IMG/VR virus record: IMGVR_UViG_3300036940_000057
Location: 1-24,105 of that record
Reading direction: 5' to 3' (one strand)
DNA: 24,105 nt
Source of the DNA: a virus
Lineage: Duplodnaviria > Caudoviricetes
The translations under genes and the position numbers were made by a program. Within the stretch, counting starts at the first letter, position 1, and each line of letters starts with the position of its first letter. Below, one piece after another: positions 16,816-23,794 of this stretch. The notes under the pieces are model-generated. The model was given only the letters and a program-made list of their open reading frames with translations, searched no databases and had not been told where the DNA came from.

Positions 16816-16844
16816 TTGACAAATCTTTTTAATATGTATATATT
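16816..16844 (+). promoter_or_regulatory. Sigma70-like promoter for replication-initiator-like gene
   Basis: TTGACA-N17-TATATT starting 1 nt after the last CCA. Confidence 0.75.
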
Positions 16845-16850
16845 GAGTTA

Positions 16851-16945
16851 GTCTAATTCAGCATATACATTTTAATTTTATATAGCTCCCCGTATCCGTT
16901 ACTGAATTAGACACTCATAACAGATATGCGGGAGCTTTTTTATTT
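16851..16945 (+). promoter_or_regulatory. Attenuator-like leader: intrinsic terminator whose loop pairs with the 5' end of the transcript
   Basis: Stem AGCTCCC-CGTATC-C-GTTA / TAAC-A-GATATG-C-GGGAGCT plus T-tract; loop CTGAATTAGAC (16902-16912) is the reverse complement of GTCTAATTCAG (16851-16861). Confidence 0.75.
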
Positions 16946-16953
16946 GAGGTATT

Positions 16954-17727
16954 ATGAACCACAGTTTTGATACAAATATTGCCAACAAATATGGTGTTTA
17001 CCCTGCAATCATTCTAAATAATATTTATTTTTGGTGTGAAAAGAACAAAGCCAACAATAAAAATTATCATGACGGATTTTACTGGACATATAATAGTGTT
17101 GAAGCTTTTACTAAAATATTTTCATACCTTTCTAAGCGTCAAATTAGAACAGCTTTAAAAACTCTTGAAGATGAAGGGCTGATAAAAACAGGATGCTATA
17201 ATAAAATAGCATATGACCGTACTAAATGGTATGCCATAACAGTAAAAGGCGAAAATGAAATAAATCCTTCCATTTGCCATGAGCGGAAAATGGATATACC
17301 TCAAAACGGTAAACCTATACCAGATATAAACGCAGATATAAACAAAGAGAATAATATTCATAATACAAACCTTTCCGGTTTGGTGTTTATAGATCAACTG
17401 CCTAGTGAAAAATACCCTTTTTGCCATGAGGGAATGAAAGCTATACGATATTTAAAATACAATGAGTATAAAACCAATCTATATGACGGGCCTCTCTCAT
17501 TGGCAGATTGGAACAGAATAGAATATATCTTAACAGACGCAGAATATGGCCTGTGTGAGACTCAAGACAATATTATAGAGCTTTATACCAGAAGGGTAGA
17601 AAAAGCCGTTAGAAACGATTATAGCAAGCCTGAGAGTGTTAATTTGTGTTACTTGGTTCATGGGTACGATGAATCAGCTACAGGCGAGAGACTTTTACAA
17701 ATATTGAGTGTTGACGATACAAATTAA
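16954..17727 (+). CDS. Phage replication-initiator-like protein (N-terminal winged helix)
   Basis: HSFD..IA.KYGV..AIIL.NI.FW..KN.AN....DG.YWTYNS..AF...F.Y.S..QIR.AL..L...GLI..G.YN...YDRT.WY is typical of phage replisome-organizer N-termini; C-terminal half not recognised. Confidence 0.75.
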   Translation: MNHSFDTNIANKYGVYPAIILNNIYFWCEKNKANNKNYHDGFYWTYNSVEAFTKIFSYLSKRQIRTALKTLEDEGLIKTGCYNKIAYDRTKWYAITVKGENEINPSICHERKMDIPQNGKPIPDINADINKENNIHNTNLSGLVFIDQLPSEKYPFCHEGMKAIRYLKYNEYKTNLYDGPLSLADWNRIEYILTDAEYGLCETQDNIIELYTRRVEKAVRNDYSKPESVNLCYLVHGYDESATGERLLQILSVDDTN

Positions 17728-17783
17728 AAAAACTTGTTGACATGTGATTTTGTTTGATGGATACTGATTTCAACAAAGGGAGG
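17726..17783 (+). promoter_or_regulatory. Repeated early promoter/leader cassette
   Basis: AAAAAAACTTG-TTGACA (17737)-N17-GATACT, then AACAAAGGGAGG. Confidence 0.75.
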
Positions 17784-17787
17784 AAAT

Positions 17788-18012
17788 ATGAAAAACGTAA
17801 CAGATGAAGCAATGAAAATTTTAGAGAGCGTACCTGATACAAATGTGCTTAATCAGATGGTAAGACGACTTGCTAGTCAGATTGTCATTCTAAGCGATGG
17901 ATTAAACGACATAAATGACGTTACAATGTCTCAATGTGTTGATTATAAGCATATGGTAGAAAGGACGAAAGATATAGCAAGCAACACATTAAACAAAGCT
18001 AGTGAGGTTTGA
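17788..18012 (+). CDS. Hypothetical protein
   Basis: GGAGG SD and upstream promoter. Confidence 0.75.
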   Translation: MKNVTDEAMKILESVPDTNVLNQMVRRLASQIVILSDGLNDINDVTMSQCVDYKHMVERTKDIASNTLNKASEV

Positions 18013-18014
18013 TC

Positions 18015-18233
18015 ATGGGTGAAAAAGTAACAGAGAACAAATATTATATTGAGGCTATTGTTAGAGACTTAGATTGTGGGGAAGATTATTATGCTAGTAT
18101 GGAGACTAACCCTATGATATTAAATTCAAAAATAATTAAAGGAATGAAAGAAGAAATAAAAGAGTCTATGGGTAATTTGTTTTATAAAAACGTACATGTT
18201 CAAATTGTATCTTGCATTAAACTGGATAATTAA
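18015..18233 (+). CDS. Hypothetical protein
   Basis: GAGG SD before ATG 18015; packed in the operon. Confidence 0.65.
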   Translation: MGEKVTENKYYIEAIVRDLDCGEDYYASMETNPMILNSKIIKGMKEEIKESMGNLFYKNVHVQIVSCIKLDN

Positions 18234-18235
18234 TT

Positions 18236-18385
18236 ATGAAAAAGTTGCTCATTATAATATCGCTTGTCGCTATGTTTGCAACAACTGGATGTGTGGCAGA
18301 ACGTCAAATATACGCATTTAATGACGGGTTGTGGAAAGGCACAATCTCTGCTATAACAAAAGTACCTGATTATTTAATACCGTAA
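18236..18385 (+). CDS. Small predicted lipoprotein (49 aa; not in ORF track)
   Basis: MKKLLIIISLVAMFATTG|CVAERQIYAFNDGLWKGTISAITKVPDYLIP: basic N-terminus, hydrophobic core and lipobox-like Cys. Confidence 0.7.
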   Translation: MKKLLIIISLVAMFATTGCVAERQIYAFNDGLWKGTISAITKVPDYLIP

Positions 18386-18419
18386 ATATTCCTGATTTAA
18401 TAGGATAAAATATTTTTAA

Positions 18420-18574
18420 TGTCGTTTCATAGTACCATCTCCTAACTGTCCACAGTCTTTGGCAGTGCTAGTTATCCCTCGTTTGGCGGGGTTGAAAGAA
18501 GCCGTAAGGGATAGATAGACCGTTTAACTCACGACACGAGTTAGCCTCTGCACGGCATTGCAGGGGCTTTTTTT
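18420..18574 (+). ncRNA. Candidate structured non-coding RNA
   Basis: GC-richer than flanks, ORF-free, with three hairpins plus a terminator. Confidence 0.4.
18543..18574 (+). terminator. Intrinsic terminator
   Basis: AGCCTCTGCA-CGGCAT-TGCAGGGGCT followed by a T-run. Confidence 0.85.
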
Positions 18575-18640
18575 ATGCACTATATATTAGTCATAAAAGC
18601 GAGTTAGGGTTAATATATGATTCATAGCAAAAAAAGTTAA

Positions 18641-18704
18641 TTTTGTTGTTGACATAAAAATCTGACAGACGTAGATTGAATTTAACGAAACGAAACAAAA
18701 GGAG
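18641..18704 (+). promoter_or_regulatory. Repeated early promoter/leader cassette
   Basis: TTG-TTGACA (18649)-N17-TAGATT, then TTAACGAAACGAAACAAAAGGAG. Confidence 0.75.
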
Positions 18705-18712
18705 AACAAAAA

Positions 18713-18928
18713 ATGAGTAGAAATTTTGAAGTTAATGATTCGGGATCAGAAGTATTGTTTTTGACTGAAATACTTAATGACCTTTACAGAAATGGTTGGA
18801 TGAACGGAAACGGCAAAGCGGCAACAATGCTTAAAGATTGGAAAGCTGAGTTTGAAAGAAAGTCTAATTTCCCAAAATCAAAACTTCGCAAAGTCTTTAA
18901 TGAAAACGTGGGTTTTTGTAATTGGTAA
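18713..18928 (+). CDS. Hypothetical protein
   Basis: AAGGAG SD and upstream promoter. Confidence 0.75.
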   Translation: MSRNFEVNDSGSEVLFLTEILNDLYRNGWMNGNGKAATMLKDWKAEFERKSNFPKSKLRKVFNENVGFCNW

Positions 18929-18951
18929 ACAGTTATTGTGGAGTTGAAATA

Positions 18952-19179
18952 ATGATTAAAAACATAGAATTTACACCGGATATGTTGACTTGTATACAAG
19001 AGGTCGAAAGGCGTGAAGATTGTTCGTTTAACGAAGCTGTAACATTTTTAATTAAAAGCTATTTACTTGCAACAAATCGAGCTTTTATTTGTGAGCAGTG
19101 TGGAAAGTTGTTGCCAATTAGTGAATTTTTTGAAACTGATTATTCTGGCCTTGATTATTGCAAGGATTGCAGATTATGA
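18952..19179 (+). CDS. Small protein with RHH-like helices and C-terminal CxxC...CxxC
   Basis: GGAG SD before ATG 18952; CEQC...CKDC. Confidence 0.65.
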   Translation: MIKNIEFTPDMLTCIQEVERREDCSFNEAVTFLIKSYLLATNRAFICEQCGKLLPISEFFETDYSGLDYCKDCRL

Positions 19180-19397
19180 ATAATTTTGATTTGATAGAAA
19201 AAGTCTCAAGAGTATACAGATCATGTCAACATCCATGTCAACTTGATGCTGCTTCTAACTTTGCAACACTTGTCGCAAAAAGAATATGTAAAGATAAAAA
19301 TATTAATCTACGTCAGTTTTTACAACTTGACAGGATATGCTTGTCAACAAAAATTTATGAATTTGAAAAGGAGTTTGTAAACTATGAGAGCTACTAA
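19176..19397 (+). CDS. Hypothetical protein
   Basis: ATGA overlap with the previous gene. Confidence 0.6.
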   Translation: MNNFDLIEKVSRVYRSCQHPCQLDAASNFATLVAKRICKDKNINLRQFLQLDRICLSTKIYEFEKEFVNYESY

Positions 19398-19620
19398 AGA
19401 AAAAAAGATAATGATTGAAAAAAAGAAGCTCGTGCCAACAATTAAATGTGACAAATGTTCTAATGAAATTGAAGACGAAAATCTTTTCCCGGGGACATTG
19501 TTTTCAATTGAAACAAGAGAATGGGGACATGTTTCAATTGGTATTTCAAACGGAGAGTATGATTTATGTCCTGAATGTGTAAAAAAACTAAAATCCTTTA
19601 TCGAAAATAAGGAAGAGTAG
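19384..19620 (+). CDS. Small zinc-ribbon protein (CDKC...CPEC)
   Basis: AAGGAG SD; two CxxC pairs. Confidence 0.75.
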   Translation: MRATKEKKIMIEKKKLVPTIKCDKCSNEIEDENLFPGTLFSIETREWGHVSIGISNGEYDLCPECVKKLKSFIENKEE

Positions 19621-19781
19621 TGCGATATATAATCATAGTAATAATGCTGCTAAGTGTGTGTGCTTGTGCTGCACCAGAAAAAAATAATCATTGGTTAGAA
19701 CGTGGTAAGCAGATACGACAAGAGAGGGCTGTTAGAGATTGGCAAGTTAATCAGGCAAGAGAGATGTATAACAATGATTAA
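19620..19781 (+). CDS. Small predicted lipoprotein (53 aa, GTG start; not in ORF track)
   Basis: MRYIIIVIMLLSVCA|CAAPEKNNHWLERGKQIRQERAVRDWQVNQAREMYNND; start overlaps the previous stop (TAGTG). Confidence 0.65.
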   Translation: MRYIIIVIMLLSVCACAAPEKNNHWLERGKQIRQERAVRDWQVNQAREMYNND

Positions 19782-19786
19782 CATAC

Positions 19787-19816
19787 AGGACGGGCTACAA
19801 CAACCCGTCCTTTTTT
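19787..19816 (+). terminator. Intrinsic terminator at convergent junction (possibly bidirectional)
   Basis: AGGACGGG-CTACAACAA-CCCGTCCT-TTTTT, overlapping the end of the minus-strand neck gene. Confidence 0.75.
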
Positions 19817-20241
19817 AATAGACGTTTTAATACAACTATGGCGACATATGCAGCTTGATTATAAACTCCAGCAGGAGCTTGTTTGGAGCTACCGTTTTCA
19901 AGCTTAGAAGCATATGGAGTGTTGTTATAAAGATGTATAGACTTTATATTGCCAATTGGTAAAGACATAGCCTGTTTAGCATCGTCTAAAGACTTTTGTT
20001 CAACATCCATGCCCTTTGCTGTTTCAGGTGTTCCAACTAATGTATCGTCTTTGCCATTAAACCTAATTTGATTGTTAAGCCGGAACCATCCCGTATCAAC
20101 GGGAGACAAAATAGTAATATTTTCATGCAGTTCTAATGCCGTGTCAATCATATTTTGACGTATCGTATTCGGCATACGTTCAACTAATGGACCAATCTTT
20201 GCAAGATACGCCTTTGTGCGACTATACGCATCACTAGCCAT
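19795..20241 (-). CDS. HK97 gp10-like neck / tail-completion protein
   Basis: Motifs SPVDTG.FR.N and NNTPYA.KLE.GSS.QAP.G. Confidence 0.9.
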   Translation of the reverse strand: MASDAYSRTKAYLAKIGPLVERMPNTIRQNMIDTALELHENITILSPVDTGWFRLNNQIRFNGKDDTLVGTPETAKGMDVEQKSLDDAKQAMSLPIGNIKSIHLYNNTPYASKLENGSSKQAPAGVYNQAAYVAIVVLKRLLKKDGLL

Positions 20242-20602
20242 TCTTTGGCCTCACGAGGCATTTAACAAGCACGTTGACTGTTTCGTCTGGACTAATCGGC
20301 ATGACGGCTTCAATACGATAGTTTTTAACACCGAGAACCGTATCACCACATTGAGGCAGATAATCACCGTCTAACAACGTCAACAACTTTTGATCGCCTG
20401 ATTGCGGGACAACTCCATCAAGTGTTTCCTCTTTTTTAAAATCAAAAAATGCACCAACTCCGACATAATCAGCTATTACAGGTACATCTTTATCAAGTAT
20501 TGGGTCGTACTCTGTAGACTCTGTGTGTCTAACTGTGATTTCTTTACCGTACTTTGTTAACATTGTTTGCGCTACGCTACGCATGTTATCATAAAAAGCC
20601 AT
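20234..20602 (-). CDS. Head-closure / head-tail joining protein
   Basis: Motifs FYD.M...A..ML.KYG, YDP, DG......GD.KL and P..GD, typical of this slot. Confidence 0.8.
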   Translation of the reverse strand: MAFYDNMRSVAQTMLTKYGKEITVRHTESTEYDPILDKDVPVIADYVGVGAFFDFKKEETLDGVVPQSGDQKLLTLLDGDYLPQCGDTVLGVKNYRIEAVMPISPDETVNVLVKCLVRPKNG

Positions 20603-20603
20603 T

Positions 20604-21254
20604 CTAATAATCCTCTATCCAATCAACATTACTATCGGGTCCATCATTGTTAAATTGATCTCTTGAAAATACGGATGTATAAGCATCGGGGTTGTCTTTA
20701 TTTTCGTTAAGATTGCTATAAGTAAGCCCCATAACAACTGGTTCAGCTACTAATCCAGCAACATAGCCGTTGAGTATCCCGCTTAAAATTGCTGTTACAG
20801 ATGGATAAGGGTCGGTGTTAGCGTTAATCAATTCTCCTGGGCCAGCATATTCAATTGTGTTGGTAATAACATCAACTTTGTTAGTGACTTTTTTGATAGC
20901 TCCATTGGAATCTCTATCCGGAAAGATATCAGCATTTGCAGATTTAACCGCAAATTCAGCCACGGCCTTTTTAAGCTCGGTGGGGATACCTGATATCAAT
21001 GTTGTCTCGTCATCGTAATAAGCCTCTGTGCGGGGCCAGAGCATTCCTTGTGTGTAGCTCGCACGGATTCCACGGTATTGTTTCCCGTATCTCGAATCAA
21101 CTCCAGTGCTACCCTTAATAATTTCAGCCTGTATTTCATCGTCTGTTTTACTTGTGTAGTCTACGCCTCTATCTATCCAGTAGTCACGATAAAAAGCCAC
21201 ATCTATATAAGCATTGGCGTCTGTTACGCCTGTTCCATCTTCAATAATAAACAT
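20604..21254 (-). CDS. Head-tail adaptor (DnaT-like ssDNA-binding family annotation)
   Basis: Motifs IEDGTG..DANAY, G.R....Q...WPR, IP.ELK.AVAE.A and KVDVI...EY. Confidence 0.88.
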   Translation of the reverse strand: MFIIEDGTGVTDANAYIDVAFYRDYWIDRGVDYTSKTDDEIQAEIIKGSTGVDSRYGKQYRGIRASYTQGMLWPRTEAYYDDETTLISGIPTELKKAVAEFAVKSANADIFPDRDSNGAIKKVTNKVDVITNTIEYAGPGELINANTDPYPSVTAILSGILNGYVAGLVAEPVVMGLTYSNLNENKDNPDAYTSVFSRDQFNNDGPDSNVDWIEDY

Positions 21255-21281
21255 TTATATTTCTCCTGTCATATTTTTGAC

Positions 21282-21310
21282 ACTATAGGATATATAAAAA
21301 AAATAGTCAA
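21282..21310 (-). promoter_or_regulatory. Sigma70-like promoter for neck operon
   Basis: TTGACT-N17-TATAGT followed by an AGGAG SD. Confidence 0.7.
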
Positions 21311-21326
21311 AAAAGTGATATTTATG

Positions 21327-21355
21327 TTGACATAGTTTTTTATAAGGTCCATAGT
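21327..21355 (+). promoter_or_regulatory. Sigma70-like promoter (divergent from neck operon)
   Basis: TTGACA-N17-CATAGT followed by a GGGAG SD. Confidence 0.6.
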
Positions 21356-21377
21356 TTTTAAAAAAAGGGAGTACAAA

Positions 21378-21575
21378 ATGAATCGTAAACGCATTTGGAT
21401 TGAAAATTTGGTTTTAATAAACTCTATAGTCCAGAATAGAGGCGGAATAATTGATGATATTTACAATTGTTATACCGATGAAGAAGGGAATACATCAATA
21501 TCTATTGATTTTTCTATACCGTTTGATATGGACATGGAAAAAGAATACCAAGAAAAAAGACTTGTAAAGAAATAA
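21378..21575 (+). CDS. Hypothetical protein
   Basis: GGGAG SD. Confidence 0.7.
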   Translation: MNRKRIWIENLVLINSIVQNRGGIIDDIYNCYTDEEGNTSISIDFSIPFDMDMEKEYQEKRLVKK

Positions 21576-21586
21576 AAGGAGGAACT

Positions 21587-21769
21587 ATGAATATTATTAA
21601 CGATTTTAAATACACAGGTGTCAAAGATTTTTATGTTAATTCTCAAGGTTTTGTGAGCATTTGTTTAATATGTATAGCAGGTCTCCGAAATGGTGGCGCA
21701 AAATATACGCACACAAACCGAGACGCAGTGCTGAGAAGGCAGCTATCTATAAACAGTTGCAAGATTTAG
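21587..21769 (+). CDS. Hypothetical protein
   Basis: AAGGAGG SD. Confidence 0.65.
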   Translation: MNIINDFKYTGVKDFYVNSQGFVSICLICIAGLRNGGAKYTHTNRDAVLRRQLSINSCKI

Positions 21770-21834
21770 AAAATGACGTGATATTCCCATTAAGGAAGAA
21801 ACCTGTAATTTATTTTTGGTAAAAAGGAGTAATT

Positions 21835-22074
21835 ATGTATTATCAATTATTACCCATCAAACGCAACAAAGACGATTTAGTACAAAAAAACTGTTATATT
21901 TATTGTGATAGTTGTAAAAACACCTATCCTACACCTTCTGATGATGCACTTACGTTTTATCACGTCCGTATAGAAAGGTATGGCGAAGTTCCAAAAACTT
22001 TTCATATCTGCCCAAGATGTATTGATAACGTGTTGTCAAGTTGCGGAGTAGAACAAAAAGAAGATTGTTTTTAG
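21835..22074 (+). CDS. Small zinc-ribbon protein (CDSC...CPRC)
   Basis: AAGGAG SD; same Cys layout as 19384..19620. Confidence 0.75.
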   Translation: MYYQLLPIKRNKDDLVQKNCYIYCDSCKNTYPTPSDDALTFYHVRIERYGEVPKTFHICPRCIDNVLSSCGVEQKEDCF

Positions 22075-22078
22075 ATTT

Positions 22079-22137
22079 AAAAAGTTGTTGACACGCTCAT
22101 TAGTTTTGATAATCTAATCTTAACGAAACAAAGGGAG
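22079..22137 (+). promoter_or_regulatory. Repeated early promoter/leader cassette
   Basis: AAAAAGTTG-TTGACA (22088)-N16-TAATCT with extended TG, then TTAACGAAACAAAGGGAG. Confidence 0.7.
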
Positions 22138-22142
22138 TAGAT

Positions 22143-22481
22143 ATGATTATTAAATATGAATATGAAATGAATGACGGCAGTGATGTGCAGCTTATGACAG
22201 AGCGTGAAGTGTTAGATTTCATCGCAACATTTAACACGTCTATCCCGAGTGTTGACGATTATAACGAAGCAGAGGATATTATGTCTGCTGATAAGTTTCG
22301 AGTCGGACCAGACGATGACGCATACTGGTTTTATAAGCTTGACGAACCTCGTTATTTTGACACGCTGACAAGAGAATATGTAGAGCCTGAGATTGAGTAT
22401 CCAGACGAAGCTTATGCTAATAAATCGTGGCTGGCACGTCAACGGGGAATAGCAAGAGCTAACAGAATGGTGGGGATGTAA
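22143..22481 (+). CDS. Hypothetical acidic protein
   Basis: GGGAG SD and promoter cassette. Confidence 0.8.
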   Translation: MIIKYEYEMNDGSDVQLMTEREVLDFIATFNTSIPSVDDYNEAEDIMSADKFRVGPDDDAYWFYKLDEPRYFDTLTREYVEPEIEYPDEAYANKSWLARQRGIARANRMVGM

Positions 22482-22533
22482 ACTAAGCGCAGACAACACC
22501 TAACCACATATAAAAGCGGGGTTTATTTTTAAC

Positions 22534-22597
22534 AAAAAACTTGTTGACATTGAATCTCGTTTTAGAGATACTGTCTTTAACGAAAGAGAAAAAGGAG
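22534..22597 (+). promoter_or_regulatory. Repeated early promoter/leader cassette
   Basis: AAAAAACTTG-TTGACA (22544)-N17-GATACT, then TTAACGAAAGAGAAAAAGGAG. Confidence 0.75.
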
Positions 22598-22605
22598 AAA
22601 CAGAA

Positions 22606-22719
22606 ATGGAAAAGCAACAAAATAGATTTTGGAAAGAGTGTAAAGGTATTATAATATACAGTCTCTCTGTCGGGACTGTCACGTTGATAGGTTGTATAAT
22701 ATTGTTATCAACAAAATAA
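22606..22719 (+). CDS. Small single-TM protein (37 aa; not in ORF track)
   Basis: MEKQQNRFWKECKGIIIYSLSVGTVTLIGCIILLSTK; AAGGAG SD; first gene after a promoter. Confidence 0.7.
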   Translation: MEKQQNRFWKECKGIIIYSLSVGTVTLIGCIILLSTK

Positions 22720-22737
22720 AAACAAAAGGAGTTCAAA

Positions 22738-22968
22738 ATGACATTAGCACATATTTTAGACGGAGCAATCGACAACGCAGAGGAATACGGTATTCAGATT
22801 AACGCAGAGTATATCGATGATTACGCTTTTAATAGCATGGGCATTGTACTTACACCGGAACAGATAAACAAAATAATGCTTCACTGTGATGCATATTTGA
22901 GCTACGAAGGTCCAGCATTTGTAAATTCTTACGACAACATGATGTCAGAATTAAACATCGAAGCATAA
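22738..22968 (+). CDS. Hypothetical acidic protein
   Basis: AAGGAG SD. Confidence 0.75.
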   Translation: MTLAHILDGAIDNAEEYGIQINAEYIDDYAFNSMGIVLTPEQINKIMLHCDAYLSYEGPAFVNSYDNMMSELNIEA

Positions 22969-23005
22969 CAAATACCCCGTTAGTTAGTTCTAACGGGGTA
23001 TTTGT
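22968..23005. terminator. Perfect 16-bp hairpin, likely bidirectional terminator
   Basis: ACAAATACCCCGTTAG-TTAGTT-CTAACGGGGTATTTGT. Confidence 0.75.
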
Positions 23006-23155
23006 GTGCCTAATTTTTAAAAATAAAGACTACATTAATTTCTTAGTCATACATAATATTATTTGGTATTGATATAGTCACTTCCAATCCCCTGTTTGTT
23101 TAGCTTTTCCTCACTCTCACCCACACGCCCAATCTTGTCAAGAGAAAAATAAAAT

Positions 23156-23209
23156 AAAAATTTGTTGACATTATCTCGAATATTGATAGTCTGAGGGAAA
23201 CAAAGGAGG
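23156..23209 (+). promoter_or_regulatory. Repeated early promoter/leader cassette
   Basis: AAAAATTTG-TTGACA (23165)-N16-TAGTCT with extended TG, then GAAACAAAGGAGG. Confidence 0.7.
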
Positions 23210-23216
23210 AATAGAG

Positions 23217-23417
23217 ATGGTCATTAATGAAATTAAATCAATTAAAAAAGAAATGGTAAAACTTAAAAACTATGACATCGAGTTAGGGCATATAGATGCT
23301 GATGAGTTGCTGTTAGATTTAATGGGCCTTTTAGCTAATGAGTGCGATGATCAAGTCAAAGATTTAGTTCTAGAAATTATTCACGAGTTTAATGATCTTG
23401 ATAAGTGGTATGCTTAA
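23217..23417 (+). CDS. Hypothetical phage protein
   Basis: AGGAGG SD; D.E.GH.DAD.LL...KWYA pattern seen in small phage proteins. Confidence 0.8.
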   Translation: MVINEIKSIKKEMVKLKNYDIELGHIDADELLLDLMGLLANECDDQVKDLVLEIIHEFNDLDKWYA

Positions 23418-23432
23418 AACAAAGGAGAAAAC

Positions 23433-23558
23433 ATGAAACCAGACTGGTCATACATAGCAAGGTTAACCGTTGTCGGCACTGTTGCGCTGACCATGGTTGC
23501 ACTGTTTATCGGCTCGGTGTACGGTGCGCTTAAATTTTGGTGGGGATTAATATTTTAA
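23433..23558 (+). CDS. Small membrane protein (41 aa; not in ORF track)
   Basis: MKPDWSYIARLTVVGTVALTMVALFIGSVYGALKFWWGLIF; AAGGAG SD. Confidence 0.7.
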   Translation: MKPDWSYIARLTVVGTVALTMVALFIGSVYGALKFWWGLIF

Positions 23559-23571
23559 AAGGAAGAGAATT

Positions 23572-23790
23572 ATGAAGAGATATGATATAGATCAAATAAA
23601 CTATATTTTTGAATGCAATTGTGATGGTGACAATACTTATGTGCCTTACGAAACCGCCGCCAAGCTTGCGAGGGCGTGTAAACTATATGAAGAAGCAAGA
23701 GCAGCACATGCAATGGATGATTGCGACAACTTAGCTGCAAAGCTTGAACTTGATGCCGCTCAACTCTATAAAGAATCAATGGAGAATTAA
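23572..23790 (+). CDS. Hypothetical protein
   Basis: AAGGA SD; in the operon. Confidence 0.7.
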   Translation: MKRYDIDQINYIFECNCDGDNTYVPYETAAKLARACKLYEEARAAHAMDDCDNLAAKLELDAAQLYKESMEN

Positions 23791-23794
23791 GTTA

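Noticed and set aside
16168-19794. Invertible segment, integrated satellite or att site at the tRNAs
   Set aside because: No integrase or invertase, no flanking inverted or direct repeats, and no duplicated tRNA 3' end were seen; the island uses the same promoter cassettes as the 21-24 kb region.
22212-22775. Minus-strand ORFs 22212..22499 and 22500..22775
   Set aside because: They overlap plus-strand genes and promoters that have strong SD signals.
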